A stretch of 64,000 nucleotides of DNA from Podarcis melisellensis (taxonomy: Eukaryota), in NCBI GenBank assembly GCA_964234715.1, contig OZ174283.1. One strand, written 5' to 3'. The position numbers were made by a program, and so were the translations under genes. The number at the start of each line of letters is the position of its first letter. Position 1 is the first letter of the stretch. This document shows positions 60,851 to 64,000 of this stretch, piece by piece. The notes beneath the pieces are model-generated. The model saw only the letters and a program-made list of their open reading frames with translations. It was not told where the DNA came from and ran no database searches.

Positions 60851-63800
60851 GTGTGTGCACACAATCACACATATATACAGATGTTTGATTCAATGACCCT
60901 AACCTTCCTTTGGTTTATGCAAATATATAATGATTTTTTTTTTTGCTAGGCCCATTCCCCCCCCCCCCCAGAAAAGCTAACTCTCTAAAGCTTCTAAGGA
61001 AATATGCAGAGGTGCTGATAGTTTTAGCAGTAGGCATGGTGCAGGAGTTCATTTGAAGCATTTCGATCTGAGAAAGTCGTCTTTTGCACCAGAAGCAGCA
61101 ACAGTCATCTTTTTGCAGCAGGCAATTAACATGTGTGACTCCAGAATCCTCTCTGGCTTTATGCGATTAAGTGCTAGGAGGCTGATTGGGTTGCTCGTCT
61201 CCCTCACTATATAATTTCCCTTTAATTCTGAGGAATTTCCTAACTTCTGTTTGATTATAAGGTCCTGCACAAATCCTCAGGAGGAGTAAGCGGAGGTCTC
61301 TGGACACCATGTCTGTCATAATTTCCTTATAACGACTCTATTATGGATAATTCCCAGGAAGTCGGCTGTAAAGCTCAGTGGGTCCCTGCTTGGTATCCTT
61401 CACATTTTGATAATTAACTGAGCTGTTTGAACAACAGAAACTTTATAATGTTCAGCAGTGGGAGTTTTAGAGCTGATCAGCTTTACCTTCATCAGGACTT
61501 GTCATTCTAACACTTGAAGGGGAGTGTTTCGGGATGAGTCTAATCTTTAGGAAGGGGAAGAAAAACTTTAAAAATGTACAGGAGAATAAAGGCCTAAATG
61601 AAATTCATCATGCTGCCTCTAATGCTTTCCATGCTGTGCTGCTGGCTCCTGTATGGCTCCTGTTCTGTTCGTGGCTGTCTGGAAGGGATTTAACTAACCT
61701 ATCTCCTACAATACAGGCAGAGAGAGAGAGAACTTGATTTATTCTAAAAGGAGTAAAATGAAATGTGTCTTCTCTCCTTTCCCTGCCTGCTTTTTTGAAT
61801 AAGTAGCTAAGTTCCTTAGCTCAAAACCATTACTTCCTAAAGGCTACAAACTTAAGGATGCGGACAGCTTTATAGTCACTTACCTATAATTTCCATGAGG
61901 AGAACTTGTATTGAAGGAAGTGAAAGGTGTCTCCCCCCCCCCCATGCAAATTGCAGGGATGTGTGTTTGGAGGAGAGTGGGATTGCAGTAAAAGGCGAAC
62001 CCCTCATGTCAAGGTCACACTCAAGATAGCAGGCCCTGCCCCACTACACCCAAGGACAAACCTTGTGATTAACATTTTGTGTAGTTTGACCTAAACCATA
62101 TTATGCATCATGACAGTTCCCAGGTTGCAGCCTGGAGTGTCCATGCTTGATGTTTGAATCTGCTGCTGAATCAAGAGATGAGGTGCATTTTTCTCGCTTT
62201 GCCTATCCCTTGAACATGTTACCCCACCCTACTCCACATCTACTTTAATCAGCCTGGTATGCCTCACACCAGGGAGCAAAGACTAGAACAGGGTTTTGGG
62301 AAATATAGGCCAAAGCAACTTTAAGCATGTCATCTTTTGATTTATTAGATGATTCAAAAGTAAAGATGGACTCTCCAGGTTTGAATGAGATGGTCCTGTC
62401 TATCATTTCTGGACACACCGGTTATTCTGACTATGGGAGGAACTAGGAGATGACCATGAAAAGCAAGTTAGTTGGTTCCATGAACTAAGCTGTGGGTCAC
62501 CAACCTTTTGTGCTGAAGGGTATGTTTGGCCTTTTGAGGAAGCGTTGTGAGTGCCAGTGACAAAACAGCTACTGGGGATGGAAGTGATGGCATAACACAA
62601 AATGGTTGCCATGTTTAGAAGAGCAGAAAAAGAGAGAGAACTACAAAATGGTGTTCGCATGCCATTCCTCTTAATTAGACCCACTTCAATGAAAAAGCGG
62701 GGGACCTACATCAGCTGCTGCTGCACTTGCCCACAGCACTAAACTTTTTGTACTTCTCCTCAGGCATCCAATGAAATACATACACCATAGTGAGTACTGA
62801 TGGGCACATCTGGCCCTGACCTCAACAGAAATAAAGGTGAAATAAAGGAACTTATGAAAGGGTTCCTAGTGAGTTCATGATTACATTGAAGTATGAACCC
62901 AATATTATCCCACCCACCAACAGAACCACATTGACACTCCTCATTGAAAATAAGAACACAAAGAATAATAAAATGATAGGTCAACTCAAATTGTAGCTGT
63001 TGCCATTCCACTGGGTTGCTACTCAGAATCCTTGTCTTTTAGCTTTTGTATACATTTTCCCCAAGCATTGTTTTGCTCTCTCTCTGTTCCTAGATCTCGA
63101 CTCTTTTTCTTTGACAGTCATGATGATTCCCCCCCCCCTCAAATAGCAAAGATGGTATTTATTTAATGTGATTCAAAAGTACATTGCAGAGCAAATGAGA
63201 GGGCAACGCTGTGGCAGGTAAGTGTGACGGAAATAAAAAATCTGTTTACAAATACTGCAGCTGCAGTTCATGCTCCCAAGACTCTGAGGCCTGCACATTT
63301 TGAGACAATATTAAGACATCATACAATACCTTACAAATCTATATGTAGGTTTGCTCTTTTCTAAAGGGGGAAAACACCTCATTTTGTTATGACAATGCTC
63401 ACTTTCAGTTAGGATCCTTTGCTTCACTAACAGCTGGTTCACACATTTGCATTCTTCACTCGATAGCTGTCATGATTTATTTGTGTGAATGAGCTATTGT
63501 AGATAAAAATTGACAAAGAGGACTTTCATTCAACAAAAGACAATGGTTAGTTCCATACTTCCTCTTCTTCAAGGAAGGGCTAATTTTGGTTTCAGTAGAG
63601 AATGACATCCAACAAAGGCTCCTGTAGAATGGAGTGGGGGTTATTTTCTGTGCCCCACCAGTTCCTATATTGTTCCTTGACTCCTGCCTGTCCCTTTCAG
63701 AGTAGATTCTTCATGGGAGATAGGGAATGCCCCTTATTCCAGTGAAACAGTCCATTGGTTTTCATTTTTCATTGCTTTTCAATGGAGTCAGTCCACACAA

Positions 63801-64000
63801 TTCAGTTGAGAAATCCAGTGGTGCATGAGTTGGGCAAGGATTACATGGAAATTCCCTAAAATGGACACACATTCCTACTATTTTTTCAAAGTTTTTACTG
63901 CTGGAATAAAATCATAAAAGTGGTCAGCGAATCTAAAGGATGACATATCTAAAGGGACTTGTGGAAACATGTCTCTAAAACCAGTTGTCAGCTGCATGCA

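Noticed and set aside
1-64000. CRISPR arrays, rRNA, genuine tRNA genes, prokaryotic operons
   Set aside because: None seen. The tRNA-like A/B boxes all belong to SINE heads, and the DNA is vertebrate.

Overview
Eukaryotic, AT-rich, repeat-dense vertebrate genomic DNA. The SINE/LINE/MITE content (lacertid-type Sauria/Squam1 SINE, Squam3-type SINEs with CTT tails, BovB, L2, CR1) points to a squamate, probably a lacertid lizard (inference). I recognise no host protein-coding exon, so the window looks intronic or intergenic. The dominant feature is a complete, apparently very recent Ty1/Copia LTR retrotransposon (28891-34024, minus strand). It has 443-bp LTRs that are identical by eye, a 5-bp TSD, an intact 1319-aa gag-pol ORF, non-canonical TG...GA termini, and a hemivirus-type PBS complementary to the tRNA-iMet anticodon arm. 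Other notable items: a solo LTR with a 6-bp TSD (class II ERV-like); two diverged terminal-repeat remnants, possibly DIRS/Ngaro-type, sharing a conserved long-range inverted repeat that overlaps the poly(A) signal; a four-layer nested TE cluster; hAT, Tigger, Tc2 and Harbinger-type MITEs; and relatives of the horizontally transferred families BovB and OC1. Family names come from recall of consensus motifs, not from a database search.
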